From Alphaproteobacteria bacterium (GTDB taxonomy: Bacteria > Pseudomonadota > Alphaproteobacteria > UBA828), in assembly GCA_963667785.2 (NCBI GenBank), contig CAXXMU010000005.1:288001-352000 (forward strand): a stretch of 64,000 nucleotides of DNA. Reading direction: 5' to 3'. Positions within the stretch are counted from its first letter, which is position 1. The number at the start of each line of letters is the position of its first letter. The notes beneath the pieces are model-generated. The model was not told the origin of the DNA, searched no databases, and was given only the letters and a program-made list of their open reading frames with translations. A program made the translations under genes and the position numbers. Shown here piece by piece: positions 51,379 through 61,089 of this stretch.

Positions 51379-52692
51379 CTAGTTGATGTAACCCGCCTTG
51401 GTCATTTCCCGGACCGTGAGGGCCTGCGCGTTAGCCAGCGCCTCCTCGGCGGTCACCGTCCCGGCAAGCGCGGCCGAGAACTGCTGGCCGACGGCGGTGG
51501 CGATGCCCTGGAACTCCGGGATCGCAACGAACTGCACGCCGACGTACGGCACCGGATCGACCGCCGGGTTCGTCGGATCCGCCGAATTGATGCTGTCCAG
51601 CGTCATCTTGGCGAACGGAACCTTGGCGTATTCCGCGTTCTCGTAGAGCGAGGTGCGGGTGCCCGGCGGCACGTTCGCCCAGCCCTCCTTCGAGGCGACC
51701 AGCTCCAGATAGTCCTTCGACGTCGCCCAGGCGATGAACTTCTTCGCGGCTTCGACCTTCTCGGAGCCAGCCGGGATCGCCAGCGACCAGGCCCAGAGCC
51801 AGTTGCTGCGCTTGCCGAGCCCGTTGTCGGGGGCCAGCGCGAAGCCGACCTTGTCGTGCACGGTCGAGTCCTTCGGATTGGTCACGAACGAAGCGGCGAC
51901 GGTGGCGTCGATCCACATGCCGCACTTGCCGGTCTGGAACAGCGCGAGGTTCTCGTTGAACCCGTTGGAGGAGGCGCCGGGAGGGCCCGCGTCGGCCATA
52001 AGACCGAGGTAGAAGGTCAGCGTGTCCGACCACGCCTGGCTGTCGAACTGCGGGTTCCAGTCCTCGTCGAACCAGCGCGCGCCGAAGCTGTTGGAGGTGG
52101 CCGTGATGAAGGCCGCGTTCTCGCCCCAGCCGGCCTTGCCGCGCAGGCAGACGCCGTAGATCTCGTTGTCCTTGTCGGTCATGGCGCGGGCGGCCTGGGC
52201 GATGAAGTCCCAGGTGGGAGCATCCGGCATCTCGAGCCCGGCCTTCTCCATGAGGTCGGTGCGGTACATCACCATCGAGCTCTCGCCGTAAAAAGGCGAC
52301 GCATAGAGCTCGCCATCCACGGTGAGGCCGCCGCGGATCGCTGGCAGCAGGTCGTCGATGTCATAGCTCTCCGGCAGGTCGTTCAAGCCGACCAGCCAGC
52401 CCTGCTTGCCCCAGATCGGAACCTCGTAGGTGCCGATGGTCATGATGTCGTACTGGCCGCCCTTGGTGGCGATGTCGGTGGTGACACGCTGGCGCAGGAT
52501 GTTCTCCTCCAGCGTCACCCACTCCAGTTCGATGCCCGGGTTCTTGCTGGTAAAGTCGTCGGTCAGACCCTGCATGCGGATCATGTCGCCATTGTTGACC
52601 GTGGCGATCGTCAGCGTCTCGGCCGCCGCCGCGGTCGCCAAGAGGCACGTGGCGGCAACGGCGCCCATCAGGGCACTAAGCTTGATCTTCAT
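51379..52692 (-). CDS. smoE: Sorbitol/mannitol ABC substrate-binding protein
   Basis: TIATVNNGDMIRMQ, LEENILRQRVTTDIAT, PFYGESS, LRGKAGWGEN, WLWAWSL, PPGTR. Confidence 0.92.
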   Translation of the reverse strand: MKIKLSALMGAVAATCLLATAAAAETLTIATVNNGDMIRMQGLTDDFTSKNPGIELEWVTLEENILRQRVTTDIATKGGQYDIMTIGTYEVPIWGKQGWLVGLNDLPESYDIDDLLPAIRGGLTVDGELYASPFYGESSMVMYRTDLMEKAGLEMPDAPTWDFIAQAARAMTDKDNEIYGVCLRGKAGWGENAAFITATSNSFGARWFDEDWNPQFDSQAWSDTLTFYLGLMADAGPPGASSNGFNENLALFQTGKCGMWIDATVAASFVTNPKDSTVHDKVGFALAPDNGLGKRSNWLWAWSLAIPAGSEKVEAAKKFIAWATSKDYLELVASKEGWANVPPGTRTSLYENAEYAKVPFAKMTLDSINSADPTNPAVDPVPYVGVQFVAIPEFQGIATAVGQQFSAALAGTVTAEEALANAQALTVREMTKAGYIN

Positions 52693-52714
52693 CGCATTCT
52701 CTCCATGCTCGCTC

Positions 52715-52747
52715 TGAGCAATTGCTATTGATCCGGGCAAATACTCA
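52715..52747. promoter_or_regulatory. Possible SmoC operator pair
   Basis: TGAGCAATTGCTA and GGGCAAATACTCA imperfect palindromes just upstream of smoE. Confidence 0.35.
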
Positions 52748-52833
52748 TTCAGAAGATTCCTAGAGTCAACGCCAAATGCTCCCCGCACGGCGGTGAGCAG
52801 AGATAGTTGTTTCAATCCAATATGTTAAGGTGT

Positions 52834-53787
52834 TCAGGCCTGCGCCAGAACGGCCTCGGCCGTCGCTTCGTCGGTCACCAGCGCATTGATGAGCCGGCCG
52901 CGCATTGCCCCCAGAATCGCTGCGACCTTGAGTTCGCCGACAGCCAGCCCGATCACCGGGCGCGGGTTCGCGGGCAGCAGCGGCGCGCTCGAAACCCGAT
53001 CGTTGGTCAGGCCTTCGATCAGCCTGCCCTCGGAATCGAAGACCCAGCCGACGATCTCGCCGGCCGCGCCTACGCGGATGAGTGCCCGGCTTTCTTCATG
53101 GGTGATGAAGCCGTCCACCGTGAGCGGCGCCGAGCCGTCGATATGGCCGATCCCGACGAAGGTCGCGTCGGCGTCGGCGCACAGCCCCAACGTCTTCGCC
53201 ACTGGCTCCTGGCTGTGCAGGATGGGGAGCTCCGCCGGCTTGCGCACCAGCACGGGGAGCGGCATCGGGTTGTGCCGCCCGCCCACACGCTCGGCCATGC
53301 GCACGACCACGTTGTAGGCGGTGGCGGAGCCGTCGGGCATCGTGTTGCCGACCAGCGACACGAGATGATGCTGCGGGCAGTCCATCGACGGCAGTTGCTC
53401 GACGCAGGCGCGCAGGACGCGCCCCGTCCCCACCGCGATGACCCTGGGCGTCTTCGTATCGAGATGCCTCTGCATCTCGGCAGCGCCGGCGATGGCGATG
53501 CCGGCGATCGATTCGGGTGCGGCCGGGTCCGAAGGCACGATCTCGCAGGACTGCAGGCCGAAGCGCTCGCATAGCTGGCTCGAAAGCTCCATGCAGCGCG
53601 CGATGGGGTGATCCAGCCGGAACTTGATCAGCTTCTCGCTGACCGCCAGCGACACCAGCCTCTGCGCCGACTGCCGCGACACGCCCAGCTTCTGGGCGAT
53701 TTCGTCCTGGGTGTTGCCCGCGACGTAGTAGAGCCATCCGGCCCGGGCCGCGTCGTCCAGACGGTTGCCGCCGTTGGTCCTGGCCAT
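52834..53787 (-). CDS. smoC: SorC/DeoR-type sugar-binding transcriptional regulator
   Basis: AARAGWLYY..TQDEIAQKLGVSRQSAQRLV HTH; FVGIG; LVTDE. Confidence 0.88.
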   Translation of the reverse strand: MARTNGGNRLDDAARAGWLYYVAGNTQDEIAQKLGVSRQSAQRLVSLAVSEKLIKFRLDHPIARCMELSSQLCERFGLQSCEIVPSDPAAPESIAGIAIAGAAEMQRHLDTKTPRVIAVGTGRVLRACVEQLPSMDCPQHHLVSLVGNTMPDGSATAYNVVVRMAERVGGRHNPMPLPVLVRKPAELPILHSQEPVAKTLGLCADADATFVGIGHIDGSAPLTVDGFITHEESRALIRVGAAGEIVGWVFDSEGRLIEGLTNDRVSSAPLLPANPRPVIGLAVGELKVAAILGAMRGRLINALVTDEATAEAVLAQA

Positions 53788-53797
53788 GGTCGCCCTG

Positions 53798-54478
53798 TCA
53801 CATCCTCAGCTCGGGCGCCAATACGTAAAACCGGTCCCAGTCGTCAAAAACCGTCACGTCCGCAGGTGTCTCGGCGCGCGCCCGCGCGGCATCGGCGATG
53901 TGCGATGCGCCCACGTAGCGCCAGACATTCATGCCGGCGGCCAGCCCCGCTTCGATCCCTGCCACACTGTCCTCGATCACCAGGCAACGCTCCGGCGGCG
54001 TCGCCATCTCGCGGGCGGCGAACAGGAAGAGGTCCGGCGCCGGCTTTCCGTTCGCAACCTGAGAGGCCGTGAAGACATCGGTGCCGAAATGGTCGGTGAG
54101 CCCAATGGCTTCCAGTGTATGGGCCACACGGGGCGCGCTTGAGCTGGTCGCGACGCAAGCGGGGCAGGTCAACTGCCCCAGCACGTCGAGAAACCCGGGC
54201 GTGGTTTGCAGGCTGTCCGCGAAGGCCTGTCTAAGCGCCGCACGGTAGTCGCTCACGAACGTAGGGGGCAGCGCAATCCCGAAGCGCTCGCCGATGATGT
54301 CGGCCACGACGGGGAAGCTCTTGCCGACGAAGTGGCGAAAGACGTACTCGGCGTCGATGCGAATGTCGTGGGCCAGGAGCTGCCGGACCAGGAGATTTGC
54401 GCTGATGACCTCGCTGTCGGCGATGACTCCATCGCAGTCGAATATGACCAGATCGACACTCCGCAATGCATCGGCCAC
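53798..54478 (-). CDS. HAD family phosphatase
   Basis: IFDCDGV, ATSS, GKPAPDLF, VIEDS. Confidence 0.92.
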   Translation of the reverse strand: MADALRSVDLVIFDCDGVIADSEVISANLLVRQLLAHDIRIDAEYVFRHFVGKSFPVVADIIGERFGIALPPTFVSDYRAALRQAFADSLQTTPGFLDVLGQLTCPACVATSSSAPRVAHTLEAIGLTDHFGTDVFTASQVANGKPAPDLFLFAAREMATPPERCLVIEDSVAGIEAGLAAGMNVWRYVGASHIADAARARAETPADVTVFDDWDRFYVLAPELRM

Positions 54479-54604
54479 CCGGCTGCTCCCGTCGCGGCAA
54501 CGAAACCTTCCACGGCGTGGGTTCCTTGACAAGCGCGAGGGGAATCGGGGTTCGTCCGCGGGACGCATGACCCGAACACGATGCCCGGACGCCCCTGCTC
54601 GGTC

Positions 54605-55003
54605 TCAGACGTCGGGGCCCCAGTCGTCGTACGCCGGCAGGTCGCCGGCCAGCCGGAGCCACGGCAGCCTCGTGTCCGCGAAGATGTGATATCCCGGTTC
54701 GGCTGCCGCGGGATCGCGGAGGCTGCCCACCGTCACGTCGAGTTCCGCGGCGCCATCGATGATGAAAGCGAGGTGGGTTCCGCACTCCCGGCAGAAATAC
54801 CGCGTCGCCTCGGGCGTGGACTTCAGCTCTGCCGGCGAGCCCTTCGTCCAGGACCACGCCGCGGTCGGGAAGGTGATCCACGTCACCACGGGCGCGGCGT
54901 GGACCCGGCGGCAGATGGTGCAGTGGCAGTGGAAGATGCGGAGCAGCTCGGCATCCGCCCGGTAGCGCAACGCGCCGCAATAGCACCCGCCTTCATGGGC
55001 CAT
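54605..55003 (-). CDS. GFA/CENP-V family protein
   Basis: GGCYCG, CHCTICRR, FCRECGT. Confidence 0.9.
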   Translation of the reverse strand: MAHEGGCYCGALRYRADAELLRIFHCHCTICRRVHAAPVVTWITFPTAAWSWTKGSPAELKSTPEATRYFCRECGTHLAFIIDGAAELDVTVGSLRDPAAAEPGYHIFADTRLPWLRLAGDLPAYDDWGPDV

Positions 55004-55066
55004 GTCTCGTCCTCCCTCGATCGCCGCCGACGCCGGACGCGCCCGGTCGCTCGCGTGTCACGCCGC

Positions 55067-56443
55067 CTATTGCAGCTCCCGGGCCACCCCGTCGAGGGCG
55101 TTCCGGGCGGTCTCGACGATCCGGTCTATCTGCGCCTCGGTGACGATCAGCGGCGGCGCCAAGACCATGATGTCGCGCACCGCCCGAATTATGACGCCCT
55201 GCTCGAGGCAATGATCCCGGCACTTGACCCCCGCATTCAGGTCGGGGTCGAGGCGCGTGCGCGAGGTCTTGTCCGCGGCGAGTTCGATCGCCCCGATCAT
55301 CCCGATGCCGCGCACCTCGCCGACCAGCGGATGGTCCCCCAGCTCCCGCAGGCGAGCCTGCAGATAGGGGCCGGTCGTCTGCCGCACGGTGTCGACGATG
55401 CCCTCGTCCTGCAGGACACGGATGTTTTCCAGCGCCACCGCACAGGCGACGGGATGTCCGGAATAGGTGAAGCCGTGCGCGAACTCGTCGTCCGCCTCGG
55501 TCAGCGCGTCCGCGACCCGCTCGCCGAGCAGGACGGCCGAGAGCGGCACATAGCTCGAGCTCACGCCCTTGGCGATGGTCATCAGGTCCGGCGTGAAGCC
55601 CAGCGTCTCGCAGCCGAACCACGCGCCGGTTCGCCCGAAACCGCAGATCACCTCGTCCGAAATCAACAGAACATCGTATTCGGCACAGATGCGCTGGACC
55701 TCCGGCCAGTAGCTCGCCGGCGGCACGATCACGCCGCCGGCCCCCTGGATCGGCTCGCCGATGAAGGCCGCGACCCGGTCGGGGCCAAGCGCGAGAATCT
55801 TGTCCTCCAGCGACTTGGCGGCGTGCAGACCGAGCGCGTCCGGGTCCATGTCGCCCTCGTGGTCGAACCAGTATGGCGCCTCGACGTGCTCGAATCCCGG
55901 CAGCGGCAGGTCGGCCTGGGGATGCATGAAGGCCAGCCCCGAAAGACTCGCCGCCGCCAGCGTGACGCCGTGGTAGCCATAGCGCCGGCCAATGATGATC
56001 TTCTTGTCGGGCCGGCCGCACAGGTTCCAGTAGTAGCGGACGATCTTGACGACCGAATCGTTGGCCTCCGATCCGGAGTTCGCGAAGAAGACGTGATTCA
56101 GGGTCCCCGGCGTGAGCTCCGCCAGCTTCGCGGCCAGTTCCACTGCCGGCGGGTTCGTCGACTGGAAGAAGGTGTTGTAGTAGGGCAATTCCAGAAGCTG
56201 GCGATAGGCTGCGTCCGCGAGTTCCTTCCGCCCGTATCCGACATTGACCGACCACAGGCCCGCCAGCCCGTCGAGCAGCTTGTTGCCGTCGGAATCCCAC
56301 AGGCAAGCGCCCTCCGCCCGTGTGATGACCCGGACGCCCCTGGCCGCCAGCTCGGCGTGATTGGTGAAGGGGTGAACGTGATGCTCGCGGTCGAGTGTCT
56401 GCCAGTACCCCGTCGTCTTGTTCTCCAGGCCGGTGCTGGCCAC
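55067..56443 (-). CDS. Class III PLP aminotransferase (SpuC-like putrescine/omega-amine transaminase)
   Basis: HPFT, GLWSVNVGYG, SGSEAND, EPIQGAGG, DEVICGFGRTG, TIAKG, HGFTYSGHP. Confidence 0.93.
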   Translation of the reverse strand: MASTGLENKTTGYWQTLDREHHVHPFTNHAELAARGVRVITRAEGACLWDSDGNKLLDGLAGLWSVNVGYGRKELADAAYRQLLELPYYNTFFQSTNPPAVELAAKLAELTPGTLNHVFFANSGSEANDSVVKIVRYYWNLCGRPDKKIIIGRRYGYHGVTLAAASLSGLAFMHPQADLPLPGFEHVEAPYWFDHEGDMDPDALGLHAAKSLEDKILALGPDRVAAFIGEPIQGAGGVIVPPASYWPEVQRICAEYDVLLISDEVICGFGRTGAWFGCETLGFTPDLMTIAKGVSSSYVPLSAVLLGERVADALTEADDEFAHGFTYSGHPVACAVALENIRVLQDEGIVDTVRQTTGPYLQARLRELGDHPLVGEVRGIGMIGAIELAADKTSRTRLDPDLNAGVKCRDHCLEQGVIIRAVRDIMVLAPPLIVTEAQIDRIVETARNALDGVARELQ

Positions 56444-56952
56444 CTCTTGCCTCCCGATCTCTTCGCACCCGTCGTGCCGTCGACGCTCCGGTCGAGCGCC
56501 ATTGCATCGCCGGCCTCTCCGCCACACCGGGCAACCGGCGGGGTGGAGCGATGCCGGCCAGCGTAGCGACACGGCCGTTCTCGGGCTCGGCGCTCGGTGG
56601 ATCAGGCTACCACGAGTCCGGCCTCGAAACGGGAGCTGCTTCGGCATAAGCCCGGATGACGGGGTTCACAGCTCGAGTATTCCAGACAGGGAAGAGGTGC
56701 CGGGCGTGCGTCGCGGTCGACGGCCCCGCCGGCTCGTCGGAACGAACGAGCCCGTCGCGAGTCATGAAGATTTCGGTGCCCGGCGTTCTCGAAGGGTTGC
56801 AGCCGCGGCCGCGCTTTCTCGCGATCTGGCTGGCGGCGGCGCTCCATATCCGGCGCACGTGCGATTGACACCTGCCGCGGGTGCTGGCCGCCCGACTCCC
56901 GGAAACGGGACGGACGCGGGTGCTGCGCCTCATGGACGGGGGAGCGGAGGAC

Positions 56953-57888
56953 TCAGTCCTGGGAGAGGAATACCTCGCTCATCCCGACAAAGGACCCGAA
57001 GAAGTAGCCGACGCTGTCGTCGGCCTCCCCGAAGTAGGCGTCGCCGAACCCGGTCACGATGCGCGGATCGCCGGCATCGTCCGGCCGGTTGGAGAAGCGG
57101 CCGCCCCATTCGCCCTCCGTGAAGACGACGTCGCGGGCAGGGTGGTGTACCGCGGTGGTGCCGTCGAAGAAGTGCCCGGTGCCGAAGGGCTGTTCCTCAA
57201 GGTGAACCTCGTAGTCGGAGATGTCGTGCTGGACGTCTCCGCGGGAAGCGGGTGCGATAGCCGTGCGGATGGCAAGGTCGCCCGCGCAGCCGATGCAGCC
57301 GCCCACCGTCCCGGCTCCGAAGTCGGCGTCGAGCGTCACCAGTCCCTCGAACCCGTCGAACACGAAGTGGCGCTCCTCGCGCGTCTCACCGGGAGCGTAG
57401 GCGTAGATTCCGCCGGCCAGTCCGGCGTAGGAAGCGGTCCCGGTAACGGGCATCTCGGGCGGGTCTTCGATGTCGAATTCCGGGCCATCGACGATGGAGT
57501 ACTCCACCGTGTCGAAGGGGTCCAGGTCCGGAGGATGCTGGTCGGGATAGTAGGCCCAATATCCTGCCATCAGATAGTCGGCCGGGTCGTCAGCGTCATA
57601 GCTTACCGCGGCGTAGACGAGGGACGTGCCGTGGTTCTTGTCCTGCTGAAAGCGCCAGGCTCGGCCTTGGTGGCCCGGGATCGGGGTGACGAATTCCTCG
57701 ACCGAGTCCACGTCGTCCAGCGTGTTCACGGAGAGTTGGCGGCCGTCCTCAAGGGTGAGATGCACCCGCAGGTACTCTGTCGAGAACTGGGCGACACGCT
57801 CGAAGTCGATACGTTCTTCGGGTTCGGGATCTTCGACATAGCAGCCCGCGAGAACGGCGCAGGCAAGGAGGGGCACGAGAATCCTCAT
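56953..57888 (-). CDS. Lipoprotein with TbpB-like beta-barrel
   Basis: Lipobox LAGC; PVTGTASYAG, LDADFGAGTVGG, GEWGGRF, FFGSFVG. Confidence 0.72.
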   Translation of the reverse strand: MRILVPLLACAVLAGCYVEDPEPEERIDFERVAQFSTEYLRVHLTLEDGRQLSVNTLDDVDSVEEFVTPIPGHQGRAWRFQQDKNHGTSLVYAAVSYDADDPADYLMAGYWAYYPDQHPPDLDPFDTVEYSIVDGPEFDIEDPPEMPVTGTASYAGLAGGIYAYAPGETREERHFVFDGFEGLVTLDADFGAGTVGGCIGCAGDLAIRTAIAPASRGDVQHDISDYEVHLEEQPFGTGHFFDGTTAVHHPARDVVFTEGEWGGRFSNRPDDAGDPRIVTGFGDAYFGEADDSVGYFFGSFVGMSEVFLSQD

Positions 57889-58115
57889 GCCGGAGTCTAG
57901 GCTGCGAGTCCGAAGGGGGTCAATTCACTCATTCGGTATCGTACCGCCTGCCGGCGCGATCCCCCTGTCCTCGAGAGGAGTCGACACGAAGCGGGCGGCG
58001 GCGGGCTGGAGAACGGACGGTCGCTACACGACACGCCAAGGCTGGAGAATCGAGGGACACACGATTCTTGGCATCCGAATGAACCGACTTATATCACTAT
58101 GTCAGTGAGAGACGA

Positions 58116-58136
58116 TGGCGGAAAGGGTGTCCGCCA
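58116..58136. mobile_element. Putative att core (tRNA-Ser 3'-end type)
   Basis: TGGCGGA-AAGGGTG-TCCGCCA, a 7-7-7 dyad; minus strand ends CACCCTTTCCGCCA like a tRNA-Ser acceptor end; about 140 bp upstream of the integrase. Confidence 0.65.
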
Positions 58137-58277
58137 TTTTCGTATTTCGTCCAGTTTCGAGACGTTTGAATAACGCGGTGAATCAATGCGCTTATTGTGA
58201 AAGTCCTGTCTTGCGCCGTTTTGCCGTGTCCCGTATAATCCCGCTTTATTTAGGGAGTAGGAAAGAGGGTGGACCGA

Positions 58278-59501
58278 ATGGCGGACGGTCGAAAACCGAC
58301 GGGCAAGCACCCCGAGAAGAGGCTGAGTCCGGCCTTCGTACGCAAGGCCACCAAGCCAGGTCGCTACTACGACGGCCACGGGCTCTTCTTGAAAGTGGAC
58401 CCCTCCGGCGCCAAGCGGTGGGGACAGAGGCTCGTCATCCACGGGCGGCAACGCACACTTGGGCTGGGTGGATGCGCACTTGTCTCCCTCGCCGAAGCGC
58501 GGGAGGCCGCATTGGCGAACCGCAAGATCGCGCGCGAAGGCGGCGATCCTCTCGCTCAGCGCCGCCGCACAACCAATATCCCGAACTTCCAGGCAGCCGC
58601 CGCAACCGTCATCGAGCTTCACAGGCACGGCTGGCGGAACGAAAAGCATGCAGCGCAATGGGAGTCGACCCTGCGTACCTACGTGTACCCGCGCCTCGGC
58701 CAGCGCTCCGTCGCTGACATCTCGACCGCTGACGTCATGGCAGTTCTCATGCCGATCTGGAACGAGAGATCGGAGACCGCGCGGCGTGTGCGCCAGCGAG
58801 TTTCGACGGTGATGAATTGGGCCGTGGCGCAAGGCTACCGGGCCGACAACCCGGCCGGAGACGCCATCGGCGCGGCGCTCCCCAAGCACAACGGCAAGAC
58901 CAAGCGTCATCATCGAGCTCTGCCGCATGGCGAGGTCGCAGCCGCCATCGAGACGGTGCGCAGCTCGGGCGCTGGGATGTCCGTGAAGCTGGCCTTCGAG
59001 TTCCTGATCCTGACGGCCGCACGCTCAGGCGAGGTCAGGCTCGCCACCTGGGGCGAGATCGACACGGACGCGGCGACCTGGACCGTGCCGGCGACACGAA
59101 TGAAGGCCGGCATCGAGCACCGGGTGCCCCTCTGCGACCGCGCGATGACGATCCTGGACGAGGCGCGGGCGCTCGATGACGGAGGCGGCTTCATCTTCCC
59201 CGGCGCACGCGTCGGCAAGCCGCTGTCGGATATGACGCTGTCCAAGCTCATAGGCGACCTGGGCCTCGATGCTGTGCCGCACGGCTTCCGGTCGAGTTTC
59301 AGGGATTGGGCCTCCGAACTCACCAACGCCCCGCGCGACGTGATGGAGGCCGCTCTCGCCCACACCGTGCGCGACAAGGTCGAGGCCGCCTACAATCGAA
59401 CCGACCTGTTCGACCGCCGCCGCGCGCTCATGGACCAATGGGCTTCCTACCTCGATGGCGCAGGGGGCGCGGTCGTGCAAATGGTGCGACGATATGGGTA
59501 G
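58278..59501 (+). CDS. P4-family tyrosine integrase
   Basis: Arm domain DGHGLFLKV..GAKRW..LGLG..VSLAEAR; catalytic TAARSGEV, RMK, HGFR, LAH, AY. Confidence 0.95.
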   Translation: MADGRKPTGKHPEKRLSPAFVRKATKPGRYYDGHGLFLKVDPSGAKRWGQRLVIHGRQRTLGLGGCALVSLAEAREAALANRKIAREGGDPLAQRRRTTNIPNFQAAAATVIELHRHGWRNEKHAAQWESTLRTYVYPRLGQRSVADISTADVMAVLMPIWNERSETARRVRQRVSTVMNWAVAQGYRADNPAGDAIGAALPKHNGKTKRHHRALPHGEVAAAIETVRSSGAGMSVKLAFEFLILTAARSGEVRLATWGEIDTDAATWTVPATRMKAGIEHRVPLCDRAMTILDEARALDDGGGFIFPGARVGKPLSDMTLSKLIGDLGLDAVPHGFRSSFRDWASELTNAPRDVMEAALAHTVRDKVEAAYNRTDLFDRRRALMDQWASYLDGAGGAVVQMVRRYG

Positions 59502-60339
59502 CCGGGAGTGCCCCTGCCTCTCGTCACAACCTCGCGACATATTGCGCTGGGATGTGGTGGATTTGGAGCAGGAAGCGGTCGAGGTAGAGGGTAAGGACTA
59601 TTTTCTTCTGGACTTGACGCAGCAGAAATTCGCAATCTGCGCGCCTTTAAACGGAGTGCTCGGCGTGCTATTGCGTATTGCACTAGCTGTTAGGGACTCC
59701 AAGCCCAATTGCCACGCCGGTACATTTGGCAGCTTTTGCTATGAGGAGATAATAGTAGAAGCGGAGCGTCTTCTTTTTGAGAGAGCGGGTCCAAGTCTTA
59801 AGCATATTCCGCCGTTGGATCGGGTGCCCTTCACTTCTATTGCTGAAGGGTTATTGACACAGTATCGAGCCAACATCTGCTTGAATTGCTCGTGCCTCCT
59901 AAGGAAAGTTCACCAAGAGCGCGCTTCGTTCGATATCAGCAACCGCATACTGCGAGAGCTTTTGGCGCAGTGCGATCTGGTAGGCGAACATATTCCATTA
60001 GCGTTGCGCGATTGGTCAGCCAACTCACGTTTCACGAATCCGCCTGCACGCCCTAAAGGTAAACCGAGAAACAACTGGTATCGCGACCACCTCATTATCA
60101 TTACTATCGCCACGCTGGCCTACTGGACAGATAAGGCACCAACACGCAACGATGAATCCAGGTTGCGCGACTCAATTTGCGATGCGGTGGTCTGCGCATT
60201 TCAACGCAGTGGATATTCAAGCGTCAACTTTGCGACCGTAAAGCACGCGTGGCTCAATAAAGCAATGACGAATGATGGAAAGCCAATTGGACCCTCCGTA
60301 CTGAAGCGCTGGCGGGCGGAAGACAGCGCCACTGCATGA
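59494..60339 (+). CDS. Hypothetical cargo protein (start uncertain)
   Basis: Long lower-GC ORF between int and alpA; C-terminal RDHLII..PTRN..SICDAV. Confidence 0.65.
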   Translation: MGSRECPCLSSQPRDILRWDVVDLEQEAVEVEGKDYFLLDLTQQKFAICAPLNGVLGVLLRIALAVRDSKPNCHAGTFGSFCYEEIIVEAERLLFERAGPSLKHIPPLDRVPFTSIAEGLLTQYRANICLNCSCLLRKVHQERASFDISNRILRELLAQCDLVGEHIPLALRDWSANSRFTNPPARPKGKPRNNWYRDHLIIITIATLAYWTDKAPTRNDESRLRDSICDAVVCAFQRSGYSSVNFATVKHAWLNKAMTNDGKPIGPSVLKRWRAEDSATA

Positions 60340-60470
60340 AGCCTGGCGTGGAACACGTGCGCCCGGCGGGTATCGAAAATCAGATTTATCGTACACGCGG
60401 TACTCCTGAGATCCTGGCAATCTATTGCCGGATCAGCAAGTCCCACTGCGTATGGCAAAGGAGAAATCGC

Positions 60471-60674
60471 ATGACTGAAGCCATGATCCTCCGGTTGCCC
60501 GCTGTCATCAAAATGACGGGCATTTCGAGGTCTCGCATTCACGTATACATGAATCGTGCGACCGATCCCTTCCCCAGGCCGATCCAGCTCGGTCCCAATT
60601 CAGTTGGTTGGCGCAAATCCGAGGTCGAGGCCTGGCTCAATACCAGGGAACGCACAGCGCCGCGCGCAGCTTGA
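60471..60674 (+). CDS. alpA: AlpA family regulator / excisionase
   Basis: ILRLPAVIKMTGISRSRI..FPRPIQLGPNSVGWRKSEVEAWL; AAGGAG RBS. Confidence 0.92.
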   Translation: MTEAMILRLPAVIKMTGISRSRIHVYMNRATDPFPRPIQLGPNSVGWRKSEVEAWLNTRERTAPRAA

Positions 60675-60732
60675 TGCAAAGGGTTGCAAATGGAAGCGCC
60701 CGCCCAGAGGTGGCAACCGGGATGGACGCAGC

Positions 60733-61089
60733 ATGTCTCGAAAGCGAGCCGAGAGCGCCAACTACGTAGCCCGCGCACACTCCGTTCACAGCAGCGGCGT
60801 TGACTTCGATGCGGTCAACGCGGCAACGATGGTTCACTTGCCGGCGCTATGTATCCGTTGGCTTCCCGACGGACGACGCGAAGGCCACGAGTGGTCTGCG
60901 CGCAATCCGCGCCGTGTGGATCGGCGGCCCGGCTCGTTCAAGGTGAACCTGATTACTGGCCGGTGGGCCGACTTCGCTCTGACGGATGCGCGCGGCGGTG
61001 ATCCCGTGTCGCTCGCCGCGTATCTGTCCGGCCGGTCGCAGACTCAGGCCGCACGCGCCTTGGCCGCTATGCTCGGGCTAGACAAATGA
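60733..61089 (+). CDS. Primase N-terminal (zinc-finger-like fold) protein
   Basis: WLPDGRREGHEW..NP.R.DRRPGSFKVN..TGRWADFA..GGDPVSLAAY; ATGA overlap with the next gene. Confidence 0.7.
   Translation: MSRKRAESANYVARAHSVHSSGVDFDAVNAATMVHLPALCIRWLPDGRREGHEWSARNPRRVDRRPGSFKVNLITGRWADFALTDARGGDPVSLAAYLSGRSQTQAARALAAMLGLDK

Noticed and set aside
37333-57900. Many long alternative-frame or plus-strand ORFs over the sugar and polyol cluster
   Set aside because: Overlap genes with clear motifs and lack domain signatures
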